64,000 nucleotides of DNA from Hypanus sabinus (GCF_030144855.1 NC_082721.1:82894001-82958000); one strand, 5' to 3'. Positions 26,161-39,941 are shown, counted from the stretch's first letter. Notes: generated from the letters alone by a model not told the origin. Program-made: numbers and translations.

Positions 26161-26634
26161 GGAACCAGCACGAACACCCACTCATTGCGGGAAGGGTTCG
26201 GGGAATGAGTGGATCAGACCACGCATTGTGTCAGCTCAGTTGGCTTCTGCCTTTGGGCTGGACTCGATTCAGCGACGGGGATGGAGAGGCCAAGCGGGAG
26301 GAAAACTCCCCGACGAACTGAAGCGGCGCCGATGATTTGGGAGAGTCTGAGAGCTGAGGTGTCGGAAGAAAGTTGAAGACTTTGTGGAAATTGTCCGAGT
26401 TCATAGAACTTTAACAACCACTGTGTGAGTGTGAGCTGGAGAGCTGCAGGTGTTCGTAAAAAAAAGTCAGCTCCAGGCATTTCCGTATATTATCGCTTGA
26501 CCGAACTTTCTCAAGCTTCGTGTCCTCACTGAAACCGAAGAGGCGCTCATATTCAGTCGTGAGAAATGGATTTCTCTGATCAAAGTCTGAGGGTTTAGGC
26601 AAAACAACATAATTCGCCGGCGATTTCCAAAGCT

Positions 26635-26701
26635 AGTGATTTCAGGCCGATTTCACTGAGCGAATCAATTTTCGTTTTCGCTTTGCTCTTTATCGTAACA
26701 G
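26635..26701 (+). pseudogene. Copy B exon 1 (signal peptide, start codon lost)
   Basis: AGT GAT TTC AGG CCG ATT TCA...GTA ACA G|gtaggt aligns with ATG AAT TTC AGG... of copy C. Confidence 0.85.
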
Positions 26702-27559
26702 GTAGGTAAAGTGATTTTAAAACATTCAATATACACGTATTTACGCGGACTGCACAGAATCCGATAACTGTACCACACACAAAATACAGGTCCTGATGAA
26801 GGGTCTCGGCCCGAAACGTCGACTCTTTACTCTTTTCTGTAGATGCTGACTCACCTGCTGAGTTCCTCCAGCATTTTGTGTGTGTTGCTTGAATTCCCAG
26901 CATCGGCCGATATTCTCGTATAAGTAACCGCATTTTCACAACGTGCGCTTTATCCTGCGGACCGTTTCTCGTTCCTCGTTCTCCTTCCTTGTCTTTGGCT
27001 TCTCAGAACAAAAAAGAGAAATTTCACATTGATTTGTGCTTCAACTGCGGAGTGAGAGACAAATGGGAAAATGGGCACCGAGTAAATACTTGCACAATTC
27101 ATGGACCGGCTTTCAAACAATCACATTTATTGAATTTTACACGTCATTTTGCCCGTGATGTCGGAAGTGTGACATTTTGTTTCAGGGTTACTGCTCTCCT
27201 CCCATGTTCGGTATTGAGGACCGGATACGGGCTGATATGTTACAGACCAAGCGCCTCTTGATGATCCATTCCGACTCCCCGTCCGAGCGTAAGCCGCCAA
27301 GATCCAAATGATCCCAGATACAACACGGCCTATTTATGTATTTATTTCTTCTGTTTTAACGTGAACGGGGTGGGGGGGGGGGGGGGGGGCTTATACAGCC
27401 AGACATTTATATTGTGTGGAAATAGAAATCAGAGTTCACCAGACCTCGGTGAACAAATCTCTGTCTAAATACACTAATGTGCAACTGAGTGTTGGGTTTC
27501 CTAACAGATATCAGAGAGTCCAGATGTAAACCCGCCGCTCCTCCCTCCCCATCATTCTC

Positions 27560-28290
27560 AACACAGCTGATCACCACCCCACCCACCCACCCCCAGGGGA
27601 GCCCATTGCGCTGATCTCTCTGCTCACACATGACTGCACTGCCAAACACCCCAGCAATCACATTGTCAAGTTCACCGATGACACCACAGTGGTGGGACTC
27701 ATCACCAACAACGATGAGATGACCTACAGAAAGGAGGCCGAAGTGCTCAGGGACTGGTGTCAGGAAAATGAACTGGTCCTTAATGTCAACAAGACAAAGG
27801 AGATGGTTATGGACTTCAGGAGAACTCACACCCCTTATTACATCAGCGGCACAGCGATGGAAACTGCGATCAGTTTCAAACTCCTGGGGGTGTTCATCAC
27901 TCATAACCTCTCGTGGTCCCACAACACATCCGTCACCGTCACAAACGCTCATCAACACCTCTACTTTCTGAGGAGGTGGAAGAGAGCTGAGCCAATTGCA
28001 GACCAATGGCATTCTGCAGATGCGCAGTGGAGAGCATCCTGTCAAACTGCATCACCACATAGTACAGAAACTGTACCGTGACGGACAGGAAGGACCTATA
28101 ACAAAGTCAGGGCTGTCCATTGCACCGGCCGCACCAGCCTAGGTGCCAGAAAAGGGCCAGTAGCATCTTGAAGGATCCCACCCACCCTGCTCACGGACTG
28201 TTTGTCCCACTCCCATCAGGGAGGAGGCTACGTAGCATCCATACCAGGACCACCAGATTCAAAAACAGGTACTTACCCTGATTAATACCT
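27560..28290 (+). mobile_element. Rex/Babar LINE RT fragment in copy B intron 1
   Basis: HDCTAKHPSNHIVKFTDDTTVVGLITNNDE...LNVNKTKEMVMDFRR...LYFLRR. Confidence 0.8.
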
Positions 28291-29413
28291 CCACCCTGTA
28301 ATTCCGCCGCCTCTTTGTCAGTCACCTTCTGCGTCACTTTATGGGCAGACAGTCAATGGACGTATATTCAGTAAGCGATCTTATGTATTTAGATTTATTG
28401 TGTTTTAATTATTATTGTGTTTTTATCTCTTGTGTTTCTGTAGCTGCATTAGATCCTGACTAACAATTACTTTGTTCCCCTTTACATTTGTGCGCAGGAA
28501 ATGATATTAAAAAATCTTCAATCTAGAGTGTTGAACAACAGGCGTCCTGTGTTCTCTAAATAACTCCATGTGTCACTGATGTCTCAATTTCTACCTTGCC
28601 CTTCTTAAATATATTTAGTGACTTGACCTTTTTCTAAATGTGTCTGAATTTTTTTCTCCGCAGCTCAATCCCTCCATCCTGAAACTGCAATTTGGCACAT
28701 CTCTGCAATTCAGATCTTAGGGAGGAATCAAATCAGAATCACCCATGTTAGAACAGAGTGACGTTTAATGTCTTTATTCAAATATTCAAAGTACATGTAT
28801 TATCAAAGGATGTACATACTATACAACCTTGAGATTCATCTCCTAACAGGCAGCCACAAAACATGGAAACCCAAAGGAATCTGTATAAAAAGACTATCCA
28901 GCGCCCAAAGTGACGGGAGAGAAAACACACTCCCATAAAAAAAGAAAATGACTGAAAATATTCCCTTTGTTTGAGCACACAAGGGCCCAAATTATGTTGA
29001 CAATTGTTTATATTATGTGGAAATAGACAGGAAACTAAATGCATACATAGAATAGGTGCCCTTCACTACGACCGTGTGAAGACTTTTCTCCATTCATGCC
29101 TCTGCATCCCGAATTTGCAATCCCTTGTTTACTCTCCTCAGCCGGAGAAAGAATACCCTTTGTGTTCAAACTCTCGAGATCTGTCAAAACGCCATACATT
29201 TGATACAATCTTCACTAAATCTTCAAAACCTTCATGTAACTGGGCCACATTGACTCAATCTCCCTTCATATCTCAGTCCTGCCATCCCCAGGAATCAGTC
29301 TGGTGAATTGTCCCCTCACTGTCTGAACTGCAAGTATATCCATTCTTAGCTGAAACTGAACTGCACACAACACTTCACTGAACAGATTCCATTTCCCTGT
29401 GTGTCTCTGGCAG

Positions 29414-29684
29414 GTAAACTGAATGGATTTGAGGTTTCCATCAAAACAAACCCCCCAGCAGTGGAATTTGGACACATCCTGGAGGTGACCAGCAGTACAA
29501 CGTGTAACAACCCAACGATGATTATGGAATATAAACCAGGGAAAAATCCCAACAGAAATCATGTTGATAAGTGGATTACAAACCAATTTCCCAGTGTCCA
29601 GACGTGGTACTTCACAGTGCCCTGTACTGTAATCTATGGATCTGAAAGCCATGAAGGAGGTCAAACGGGTGGTCCCAGTATACA
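29414..29684 (+). pseudogene. Copy B D1 exon, frameshifted
   Basis: 271 nt versus 276 nt in C. Reads EVTSSTTC (Cys1 lost) and CTVIY (Cys4 lost). Confidence 0.9.
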
Positions 29685-30216
29685 GTAACTGATATCTCTT
29701 GTTCTAAATACATCCCAGAACAGAGTATAACAGGATGAAAGGCAGCAACATAAGATGATGTATCACTTGAAAACATTACACAGAAGAATGCTGTTGTGTA
29801 CCACGTGATGCAGAGCACTGCCTGCTGGGAAATAGATCTACACTTCACTCACCCACAATGAGTTCGCAGTCTGGGACATGTTCAGGAATTGATATTGAAC
29901 AGAGACAATTTTACAGAAATTCTGTAGAGAGTCTCAGGTCAGGAAACATGTGTTGCTGTTTCACAGACCATAGTGTTGGACCAATGCGCTGATTCACAGG
30001 ATTAGCGGATTAACGGATATTCAGAGCTGAGTCTCACGGTGACAGAATCATAGTTTGCTGTGACAGATGAATGGTTTTCTTTTGGTGCAGACTGAAGAGA
30101 TTCATCAGACTGGGAATGTCACAGGGTGGGAAGATCCACAGCACACTGGTTGTTGAGTTGATTTTTGATTTAGAATTTTCCAGTGTCTACTGCCAATCAT
30201 GATTCTCCTTTGACAG

Positions 30217-30528
30217 ATCAAAACTTAAGTGTTGTTCCACCTCCTGAAGTGCAGGAAGTTAACAAACCATATCAGCTGGAGTGCACTGGCCCGAAGGTCT
30301 ATCCACAGAACAGACTCGTACTCACCTGGCTCAGAGGGAGGGAGGTCGTTCGACGTAATTCCACAGAGGACCCAGGATTCCCAGAAGGTAGTCCATTGAA
30401 GAATGTCCTTAATTTCAATGCAAGTATTTCTGATGATGGAATGGTGTACACCTGCTTGGCAGAGTTGATCTTGGACTCTAACACGACCAAACAAATCACA
30501 AATGCATCTGTGACTCTGCAAACTTCCC
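30217..30528 (+). pseudogene. Copy B D2 exon (still open)
   Basis: tttgacag|ATCAAAAC...TCCC|gtgagt, 312 nt, open: ECTGPKVYPQNRLVLTWLRG...GMVYTCLAEL. Confidence 0.9.
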
Positions 30529-31702
30529 GTGAGTTCCATTTTAACAATAAATTTACATCTGCTTTTGGGAATAGTTTGAACTGAAAGATTCTGTTGACAA
30601 TAAATACAGTACAATTTTAGTAAAGCGCAGCCAAGAGTGATCTTTATGGAGGTTGTAGTCAGGAACTGGCTACTCCAAAGGAGGAAGTAAGATTAAGACT
30701 TCTTGTAGGAGCAGAAAGCGAGATGCAACAGTTAACACAATAAAGGAATTGAAAACTCTGCAGATGTGTAAATCGTATCTGGGTGGTGAAGGGGGACTGG
30801 AATCAATCAGAAATCATGAAAGGGATTTGTGCCTACAGGCAGAGGGAATGGAATACGGAATGAATACTTTGTTCACTCTTTACCAAGGGAGAATATGATG
30901 CCAACACTCGGAGAAAGCAGAGGGAAGTATGAGAATGGACGGGTAAATATGAATGAGAAGTTATTAGTAGGATAACCATGCTCGAAGTTTGTAATTCACC
31001 TGGTGCAGAGAGGATAGAGAATGATGGAGAGTGTGGAAGGACTTGACATAATCTCCTAATCCTTCCCGAATTGGGAAGGTGCAGGGAGGTGGAAAGTGTC
31101 AAAAAGGTCTTAAGGAGGTAATCAGAAGCTGCTGGTCCATCGCTATAGTGGCAGTGATGGGGAATATGGTGGAAACATTAATATGGGAATACCTAAAGGG
31201 GCACAAAGACAGATGAGTTTATAAAATAACCAACAGGGTTTGTAGATGAGACTGACTTCCTTGATGAAGTAATAACAGGGATTGATGAAATTGAGTGATA
31301 TCCTCTTGAGGATTTTCACACTGTGACATAGTTCCATATTGAAGTGAGGTAAGTGAAAGCATCTCACAGAATATTCGGCTCATTTGGACTAAGGAGTAAA
31401 AGTTGGCTTGAGGACTGAAAGAGGAAATTTAAATCTCGTCTGTGATGCGAAAACAAGATTCAAGTTAAGGTTACATTGAGATTGATTCATGAGTACATGA
31501 TGATGTACTGCTTGTGGTTGGAGCACCAGACAGAGTGAGAAAGTGAAAATTAGGGAAAACATCCTGAAGAATGAAGCACGTGACTTAAGTGGTGGATTAG
31601 GTATAAAGGGCTCCCAGATGTGTGACCTGGCCAGTCTCCAGCTCCGTCCATCTGTATTTACCACTGCAAACTGAACTGCAGTGAATTTCTTGTGTCTTGC
31701 AG

Positions 31703-31994
31703 CCTTTCCAGAGCCTCCAAGGATCCTCAGCAGTGACCCTGTAGAAGTGAATCAGGAGGTCACATTAACATGTGAGGTCCCAAATGTCTATCCAGCTGCG
31801 AAGATGAGAGTACGATGGTTTTGGGACAGTGAACAACAGAATTCAGTAACAACTCAGTCAAATTCCAGCACAGTCAGGGAAACAATTACATGGGAGTATG
31901 AGAAACCGGTCTGACTGAATCACCTGCACGGCAGATTTTGAGGATTGTCCATCAATTCCACCGAAGAACGATAACTTTTCCATTGAGGTTTACG
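31703..31994 (+). pseudogene. Copy B D3 exon, frameshifted
   Basis: 292 nt versus 294 nt in C, with a stop after WEYEKPV. Confidence 0.88.
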
Positions 31995-32206
31995 GTGAGT
32001 ATGTTCACAGCACTCAGACAAGGACCAGAACTCAGTTTCCTGTTGTTCGGCAGTGGTGTTTCCTCAAGCAATTGTGTCTCTGTTGATTGAACTGGTAGCC
32101 TGAGTCACAAAACATCAGAAGTCAATGGGGCCATTTCCCAGTGAAATTATTAGTTCTTAATTGTAAAATGGTGATCAAGGGATATAAACATAAGGCTGCA
32201 GGTGTT

Positions 32207-35050
32207 AGGACATGCACCCAATTGCATCAACTTCCGGGGTTTAGACGCTCTAGCTCTCCGGAATATGGATAGCTGGTGCTGACCCTTTGAAGATTCAGGC
32301 TGCCCTGATAATTGGCAGTCCTGTTTTGGCTCCAGTATTTAATATTTAAGGATAACCTGAATTGAAGTTCTCTGCTCAGGTTTGGTGGGCTCGGGTCGAC
32401 TTTTGGTTGGAGAGGGCTTGGCTCGGAGGAGTGGAGGTTGTGGATAGTGGTGCTGGCTGTGGATAGTGTGAGGTTGTTGGGAAATAGTGTAGGCTCAGGT
32501 AGGGGGGAGGATCTGGAAAAGAAACCACAAATAGAAGGTTTGGGTGAGTGGGGGGTTGGTGGAAGGAGGTTGGAATGAAGTGGAATCTAGATCTGGAAAA
32601 TGGAAAAAGAAACATAGTATTGGAACGATTTCAAGTGACAGAGAGGAAAAGCAGGGTATTTTGGAAAAAAATGGAAAGAAGATTTCAAGATACAGGTTAA
32701 ATTTGACCCGGAACAGCTTTCATTGATCAATCCCATTAAATTAATTTCAGAATTAAAATTGGCTATAGGGAATATAGATTGTGTTTGTACTTTAAGAGGA
32801 GGGAATGTGTTAATCGTTTGTAAGGACAACAAAGCAGTGTGAGAAGACATTGTGATTAAAGACTTTACTTGGCAAAAAGATTATGTCTATGTGACCAAAT
32901 GAAAATAGAGGTATAGGGGTGTTATAAAGGGTGTTCCTGTGGAAATTTCGATAGAAGAGGCTAAACCTCATTTATTGCAAGGCAAGGTGAAGCAGGTAAA
33001 GAGATTGCAAGTAGTCAGAAATAGGGAAAGGATGGATAGTTTATCTATATTGATATGTTTTGATAAAGTGAATCTCCCTGATAGTTAGTTTGGAGTATGT
33101 TAGATATAATGTTCAAGGTAATATTCCACCCCTGCTTAGATGTTACAAATGTCAGATGTTTGGGCGTGTTGTGGCAGAATGTCAAGGGAAACTAAGATGT
33201 AGTAAGTGTGGTGCAGAACATAAGTATGGAAATTGTGAAGGCGTTAAGGTTAAATGTTGTAATTGTGGAGGAGAACATAGTGGAGCTTAGAGAGGAAGTG
33301 AAGGCAGCTGAAGTTCAACAGGTTAAAGTACAGTAAAGTGTGTCTTATGCAGAGGCCTTGCAAGAAGTTAAACTGAACATTGATAAAGTATTACCAGTCA
33401 GACAGAATGTGAAATCAACAGCTATATCTCGGTATCATACTTGTCTTGCTAAAGATACTTCCTAGTTGATAAAATGAAGTATGTGATGCTCGTAACGGAT
33501 TTGGTGAATTGTTATGCTCAGACATCTAATTGTACTGAGAAAATTAAAATAATTATGAAAGCTGCTGAAAAGTATCTGGGTATAGATACTGTAAATGAAG
33601 CTCTGATGGGTGAAGTCTCCTTGTGAAGGTACATAATCGGTATAAGCATATTGCAGTAGAATGTGAGAAGCCTAATTTCTAATGATCAAGACTTTGAGAA
33701 GATTATTTCTGATTTATCAAATCCACCTGATGTGGTATGTATTCAGGAAACCTGGTTGTTACCACATTTAAGTTTTTCCTTGCAGGATTATATTGTAGTT
33801 AGTTGTGATAGATTAAATTGTATAGAGGGTGGTGTTGCAAGTTTTATAAGGAAAGGGATTTGTGGATGTAATTGAATTATCTGATTCAACAGGTAGGGGC
33901 ATTAAAACAGCAAATTTTTACAACCCTTCTGGAAAGCTTTCAATTGATATGTTGGAAAGCATATAGCAATGATAGTATCGGTGAAGTAGATTTTCTGTGT
34001 GTGAATTTAAGAAATCTATTAATAGTGCAGATCAGATGGCTCCAGGAAAGGATGATATATGTTATTATATGTTTAAATATATGGCCAACAACTCTTGAGA
34101 TCATATGACAATTTTTGAATCTTATTTGGACTTTAGGCTATCTTTCCTCCTCATGGAAAATGGCAATAGTAGTGCATATTCTAAAACCTGGGAAACCCCA
34201 ATCAGATCCTTCTAGTTATAGCCCAATATCATTAAAGTCTCACTTGTGTAAACTTATGGAACACACAATAATAGAGCAGTTGAAGTATATTTTGGAAAAA
34301 ATTAGGTGATATAATGTTTTATCAGAACAGATTTTGGAAGGGTAGAATGACCTTGGATTCAGTTTTATGTTTAAAAGATGATATTTGGAAAGCACAGGTA
34401 AATAAAAGTTGTATTAGCAGTATTTTTTTTCTGAGGACAATGCAAATGATATGTTATGGGAAGAGGATCTTTTAATTAAATTATGGAAATTAGGAGTGAG
34501 AGGAAGACTATATAATTTTCTTCTGATTTTTTTATTTGGTTTGTCTATGCAGGTAAAGGCAGGGGAAGTATATTCAGGTTCTATGAGATGGAGAATGGAA
34601 CCCCACAGGGCAGCATTTATAGCCCTTTATTGTTTTAACATTATGATTAATGATATTTTCTCTGAGATAGATACTGGGGTGGGTCAATCACTTTTTGCAG
34701 ATGATGGAGCATTATGGATCAGAGGTAGAAATTTCAATTTGACTGCATATAGGAGGTAACTTGCAATTAAAAAGGTTGAGTAGTGAGTAAAATAGATGAA
34801 GTTTTAAAGCTTTCAGTAGCTAAAACACGTTAAATGTCTTTCAAAGAGGTTTAATAGACCTGCACTTAATTTGAGAGTATATGGTCAAACACTTGAAGTG
34901 TCAATGGTAAGATTTTTTGGCCTGTGTCTGATTATAAGCTGATGTGGAAGTACCATATCAATAAGACAATTGACAAATGTAGAGGGGCATTAAATAGCCT
35001 TGGGTTTCAATGTGGGTTTTCTTGGGGTGCTACACAAAAAATCCCTAACC
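32207..35050 (+). mobile_element. I-group (Nimb-like) LINE, degenerate, in copy B intron 3
   Basis: ORF1 with three zinc knuckles (CYKCQMFGR..CSKCGAEH..CCNCGGEH, 33090-33290). Endonuclease PDVVCIQETWL. RT ILKPGKP..SYSPISL and LFADDGALW. Confidence 0.75.
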
Positions 35051-35520
35051 ATTTACACAGAATATAGAACATAGAAATCTACAGTACATTACAGCCCCTT
35101 CGGCCTACTGCGCTGTGCCAATCATGTAACCTACTCTAGAAATTGCCTACAATTTTCCCACCCAATAGCCCTCTATTTTTCCAGGCCCCATGTATCTATC
35201 TAGGAATCTCTTATAAGAACCTAATGTATCCATCTCTACCACCACCGCCAGCAGTGCATTCCACGCACCAATCACTCTCTGTGTGAAAAACTTACCTCTG
35301 ACATCCCCTCTGTTCTTACTTCCAGGGACGTTAAAACTATGCCTCCTCATGTTAACCATTTCAATCCTGGGGAAAAAACCTCTGGTTATTCACACAATCA
35401 ATGCCTCTCACCATCTTATATATCTCTCTCAGGTCACATCTCATCCTCCATCACTCCATGGAGAAAAGGTCAAATTCACTCAACCTATTCTCATAAGACA
35501 TGCTCTCCAATCCAGGCAAT
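35050..35520 (-). mobile_element. CR1 3' end
   Basis: Reverse-complement tail atagaacatagaaatctacag and ORF ...VRGKFFTQRVIGAWNAL. Confidence 0.8.
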
Positions 35521-35949
35521 CCAGGAAACAACATTGTGAAAAAACCATTATTTAAAATCTTCAGGGCATTTTGGGGTGATTTGGTTTTCAGTTGATAACA
35601 AACTAGTAGGGGTTTTATTTCCCAACTCTCTACACCACTCCAGTCCAGTTGGTAGCGGTAATGCATCTTTAAGTTGGACTGCCAACTGCCATTAAGAGTC
35701 AGAAGAAGAAGGTTCTGTGCTCAATTGTCAGTTCGATTTTGCATCTTTATCTTGCATTTAGTTTAGAATCCTGCCTTCCTCCCCGTCTCGTATCCTGTCT
35801 CAAATACTCCAACACTTGTATCCTTACTATCCTTGCCTAGGGGTGTCGTTGTGGTACGACTTAGCCAACATAGATCCACTGGGGTATTGGTGCCTTTTGT
35901 CAGCTGTGGCCAGCCACAGGAAGAAAAAGTCAAGACGGAGCCTGGAGAT

Positions 35950-37030
35950 ACACCACCTCCAGGTCGTCATGTGCTAACTATCACAGGGAGAATGCCAGAG
36001 TCACTGAGGTGAGGCTGTCGGTCGCTCTGCGGTGCCAAGTTAACTTCCGGCCACAGAGAGATTCGGTAATGACCTGGTCTCTTGCCGCGGCTTCTTTACT
36101 CAATGCTTGTTGGTGTTCAACCGCCAGCCATGACACTACCCTTTGGAGAGCAGAAAGGTGGCCTTAATGATCTCTGTCCTGACCGGCAGGAGCCTCGCCT
36201 GAGCGAAGGTCGGAGATTTCCTCGGATTTGGAGGAATTCATGGATGCCATGAGGAGGGCATTCCCTCATCCCGCTGAAGCAAGCAGAGATCAGACCGTCT
36301 GGTGAAGGTGTGTCAGGGTAGTCAGTCAGGAGCTGACTACGCCATTGAGTTTCGGACTTTGGTCCAAGAGCGGCCTTGGTCACTCTCTACCGCCACAGCC
36401 GCCCAAGTGAACTAAAGGACGCCCTTGGCTTGGGGGAGCTGGTAGAGGACTTAGAGGCTCTGATTGATCAGTCCATCGCCTTGATAATCGTTTGGCAGAG
36501 CGAGAGTAGGCCTGCCTCAAAAGGTCAGAGAGGAGTCTGAGCCCAGCCTCAACACATCACAGTTCCACATCCCGACCTCTGACAATGACTAGCCCATCTC
36601 CTGCTCAGGATCCTGTCAACCCACGCAAACCTGCCACACAAGACTGTCCGTCGATGAGAGGTTCCAGCGTTAGAGTTGAGGTTGCTAATATTACTGTGGG
36701 GAAGCAGGTCACCTCCGGGCCAAATGTCCGAAGCTGCAGCTGACAGGAGAACTGTTAAGTTCGGTGTTGGGTGGACTGTGATAGTTGCAGCCACTACCCC
36801 CGACCCCATGGGTTTCGGTGTCACGCTGAAGGCTGGGATCTCCTGGGGAAAGAATCCATGAAAGGTGAATTCTTTTTGGGCCCAGGGGCAGCTGGTAATT
36901 TCCTGGATTTGGAGACTTCCCATTGGCTCAACATACCACTTAGGAGTTGAGCCAGCCCCTGCCCGCTACTGTCCTGGACGGCCTTCCGTTTGATTCCGGG
37001 CAGATCCAGCAGCAGACTTCCGTGACACTT
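35950..37030 (+). mobile_element. Gypsy (Sushi-like) gag-protease remnant
   Basis: Degenerate GDLVSCRGFFTQCLLVF...KVALMISVLTGR, gactacgccattgagtttcggact (DYAIEFRT), and protease-like GAAGNFLD near 36890. Confidence 0.6.
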
Positions 37031-39430
37031 CACACGCTCTTGATCTTTTCAACGTCTTCAAGTTCCTTGGATCTGATCACCTTATTTTCACTCTAGTTGT
37101 CCAGTCCCCCAACCAGGAAGCCCTCTCCAATTCTTTTTTCTGGACACCAGATCCAACCAGTTCTCCTCCGCCACCACTTTTCCTCCGTCTGGTGGAACTG
37201 GTCCTCAATCTCAATAATTTCTCCTTCAGCTCCTTCAGACCAAAGGTGTAGCAATGGGCACTCATATGGGTTCCTGCTACATGGAACAGTCTATATTCCA
37301 AGCCTGCACTGGTATCACTCTCCCACTTTTCCTATGCTCCGTCGGTGACTGCATTGGTGTGGATTCCTGCACCCCTGTGGAGCTCATCAACTTTGCCTCC
37401 AATTTCCACTCTGCCGTCAAATTTACCTGATCTATTTCTGACACTTCCCTCCCCTTCCTTTACCTGTCTCTACCTCTGGAGACAGCTTATCTGCCAATGC
37501 CTTTTATAAATCCACTGATTCTCACAGCTACCTGGACAAAACCTCTTCCCATCCTGTTCCTTGAAAAACTGCCATCCCCTTCTCTCAGTTCCATGGCATC
37601 TGCTCTCGGGATGAGGCTTTTCATTGCACATGAAGGAAGTGTCCCCCTTCAAAGAAAGGGGCTTCCCTTCCTCCACCATCAACGCTGCCCTCACCCGCAT
37701 CGCTTCTATTTCACGTACGTCTCCCCTCGTGCAACTTTCCTGCCACCCCACCAGGGACAGGGTTACAGGGTTCCTTTTATCTTCACCTACCACCCCACAA
37801 GCCTTCACATTCAGCACATAATTCCCTGTAACGTCCGCCATTTCCAATGGGATCCCGCCCCCCCCCCCCACCCACACACTGTCTGCTTTCCACAGGTATC
37901 ACTCCCTACATAACTCCTTTGTCCATTCGTCCCTCCCAACTCATCCCCCTCCTGGTGCTTGTCCTTGCATGCAGAACAAGGCAACAAGTGCTCCACCTGC
38001 CCCTACACCGCCTCCCTCACTCCTTCCAGGTGAGGTGACACTTCACCTATGAGTCTGTTGGGTCATCGACTGTGTCCGGTTCCCCTGGCATGTCTCCTGT
38101 GTATCGGTGAGATGCAACATGGTTTGGGAAACTACTTCGCCGAGCACCTACACTCCGTCCGCCAGGAAGTGCGGGATCTCCCAGAGGCCACACATTTCAA
38201 TTCCACTTCCCATTCCCGTTCCGACATGTCAGTCCATGGCCTCCTGTACTGCCGTGATGAGGCCACACTCAGGTTGGAGGAGCAACACCTTGCATTCCAT
38301 CTGGGTAGCCTCCAACCCGATGACATGAACATTGATTTCTCAAACTTTCAGTAATGCCCCCTTCCTTCACCATTCCCCATCCCCTTTTCCCCCTCTCACC
38401 TTATCACCTTACCTGCCCGTCACCTCCCTCTGGTACTCCCCCCCTTCCCTTACTTCTATGACCTACTGTCCTCTCCTCTCAGATTCCCCTTTCTCGAGCT
38501 TCCCGGCTCTTCATCTCACCACTCACCCCGCTCCCGGTTTCACCTATCACCCACTACCTTGTATTTCTTCCTCTGCCCCACACCTTCTTACTCTGACTTC
38601 TCATCTTCTTTTCTTCAATCCTGATGAAGGGTCTCGGCCCAAGAGGTCGACTGTTTACTCTTTTCCATAGAAGCTGCCCAGCTTGCTGAGTTCCTGGAGC
38701 ATTTTGTGATGTTTGAGAAGAAAAATAATTTATTGTATACCTTTCTCTGACACTAAATGTACCTATTGAAGCTGGTTGTTAGCCGGCATTGGTCTTGCAA
38801 ATGAGGTTAGAGGATCATGCAGAGGTCATTAGTTTCTGTATCATTGAGTCTCCTCACATTATTCCTGATCATCAGCCACCCTTGGCTGTCCCAGCATAAC
38901 CTTCCCATAAACCGGAGGGAAGGGACAAACTTTGCGTGGTGCAGTCAGTGCAAGAAGGTATGTTCTTGGTTTGATGCTCCAACTCCCAGAGTCTCCCATG
39001 AGGCCACACTCGGGTTGGAGAAGCAACTCCTGGTGGTCCGTTCAGGTAGCCTACAACCTAATGGCATGATCATCGGTATCTCCAACATCCAGCAATTTAT
39101 TTCCCCTCCCCTTTTCCATTTCCCCTTCTGGATTCATCTCATACCCCTTCTCTTCCTCACCTGCAGTCACCTCCCTGTATACACCCTTCCTCCTTCCCCT
39201 TTATCACTTTCCACTCCTTCTTCAAACCTTAACCTTTTCCGCCTAGCAACTCCAAGACTTCATCCCCACCTAACTTCTAACTTGGCTTCATCTATCACCT
39301 TCCAGCTTTTACTCCTTCCCCCTCCCTCTACCTTCTTATTCTGATTTTCCCCCATTTCCTCTCCAGTCTTGACCCAAAAAGTCACTTCCTCTCCAAAGAT
39401 GCTGCCTGATCAGCTGAGTTCCTGAATGTT
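37030..39430 (+). mobile_element. Penelope-like element (RT and GIY-YIG remnants) plus a second partial 3' repeat
   Basis: RT LVELVLNLNNFSF..KGVAMGTH. Endonuclease IGEMQHGLGNYFAEHL...THFNSTSH...LRLEEQHL...LQPDDMNIDF (38049-38354). The 3' part is repeated at about 38990-39430. Confidence 0.85.
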
Positions 39431-39941
39431 GTGTGTGTTACCAGGAAGAACTGTAAATCAGTCAGAATTTCCTGTGTAATGAAAGATGAAGTTGGACACC
39501 AGCATGCAGGAAACTCAACAAACCCTCTGTTTGTAGAGTATGTGAACTCATCCCACATGGGAGTGGCAGAGGAATAACACTATTAACAACACCGGGAAGT
39601 AACTCATTCAGAATTTCCTATGTAGTTAAAGCTGAAACTGAACAATCAAAATGAAGAAACAAACATCTCGCAAAGAAATAAAGAAGCAATTTGCAGTAAG
39701 ACAATCGAAAAACGTTTTAAAACTGGCAGAAATCCAGTGTTCTGGGTCAGGGATGAATGCTGTCTGGGATATTGGGAATTGTGTGGGGATTTTGATCATT
39801 ATCAGCCACATGACACACAGACAGTGGATGTGATGGTACAGACTGACCATACAGTTGCTTTAGCTACATTAGTCCAGTCAGGCAGAGGGAACGCAGGACA
39901 TGCTTTGAGGAAGCTTCTAACAATGTTTTTTGTTGTTACAG

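Noticed and set aside
27367-27389. Poly-G and poly-C runs (also about 2415, 47113, 60827) as functional G-quadruplexes
   Set aside because: Run lengths are not conserved between paralogues, so they are probably slippage products.
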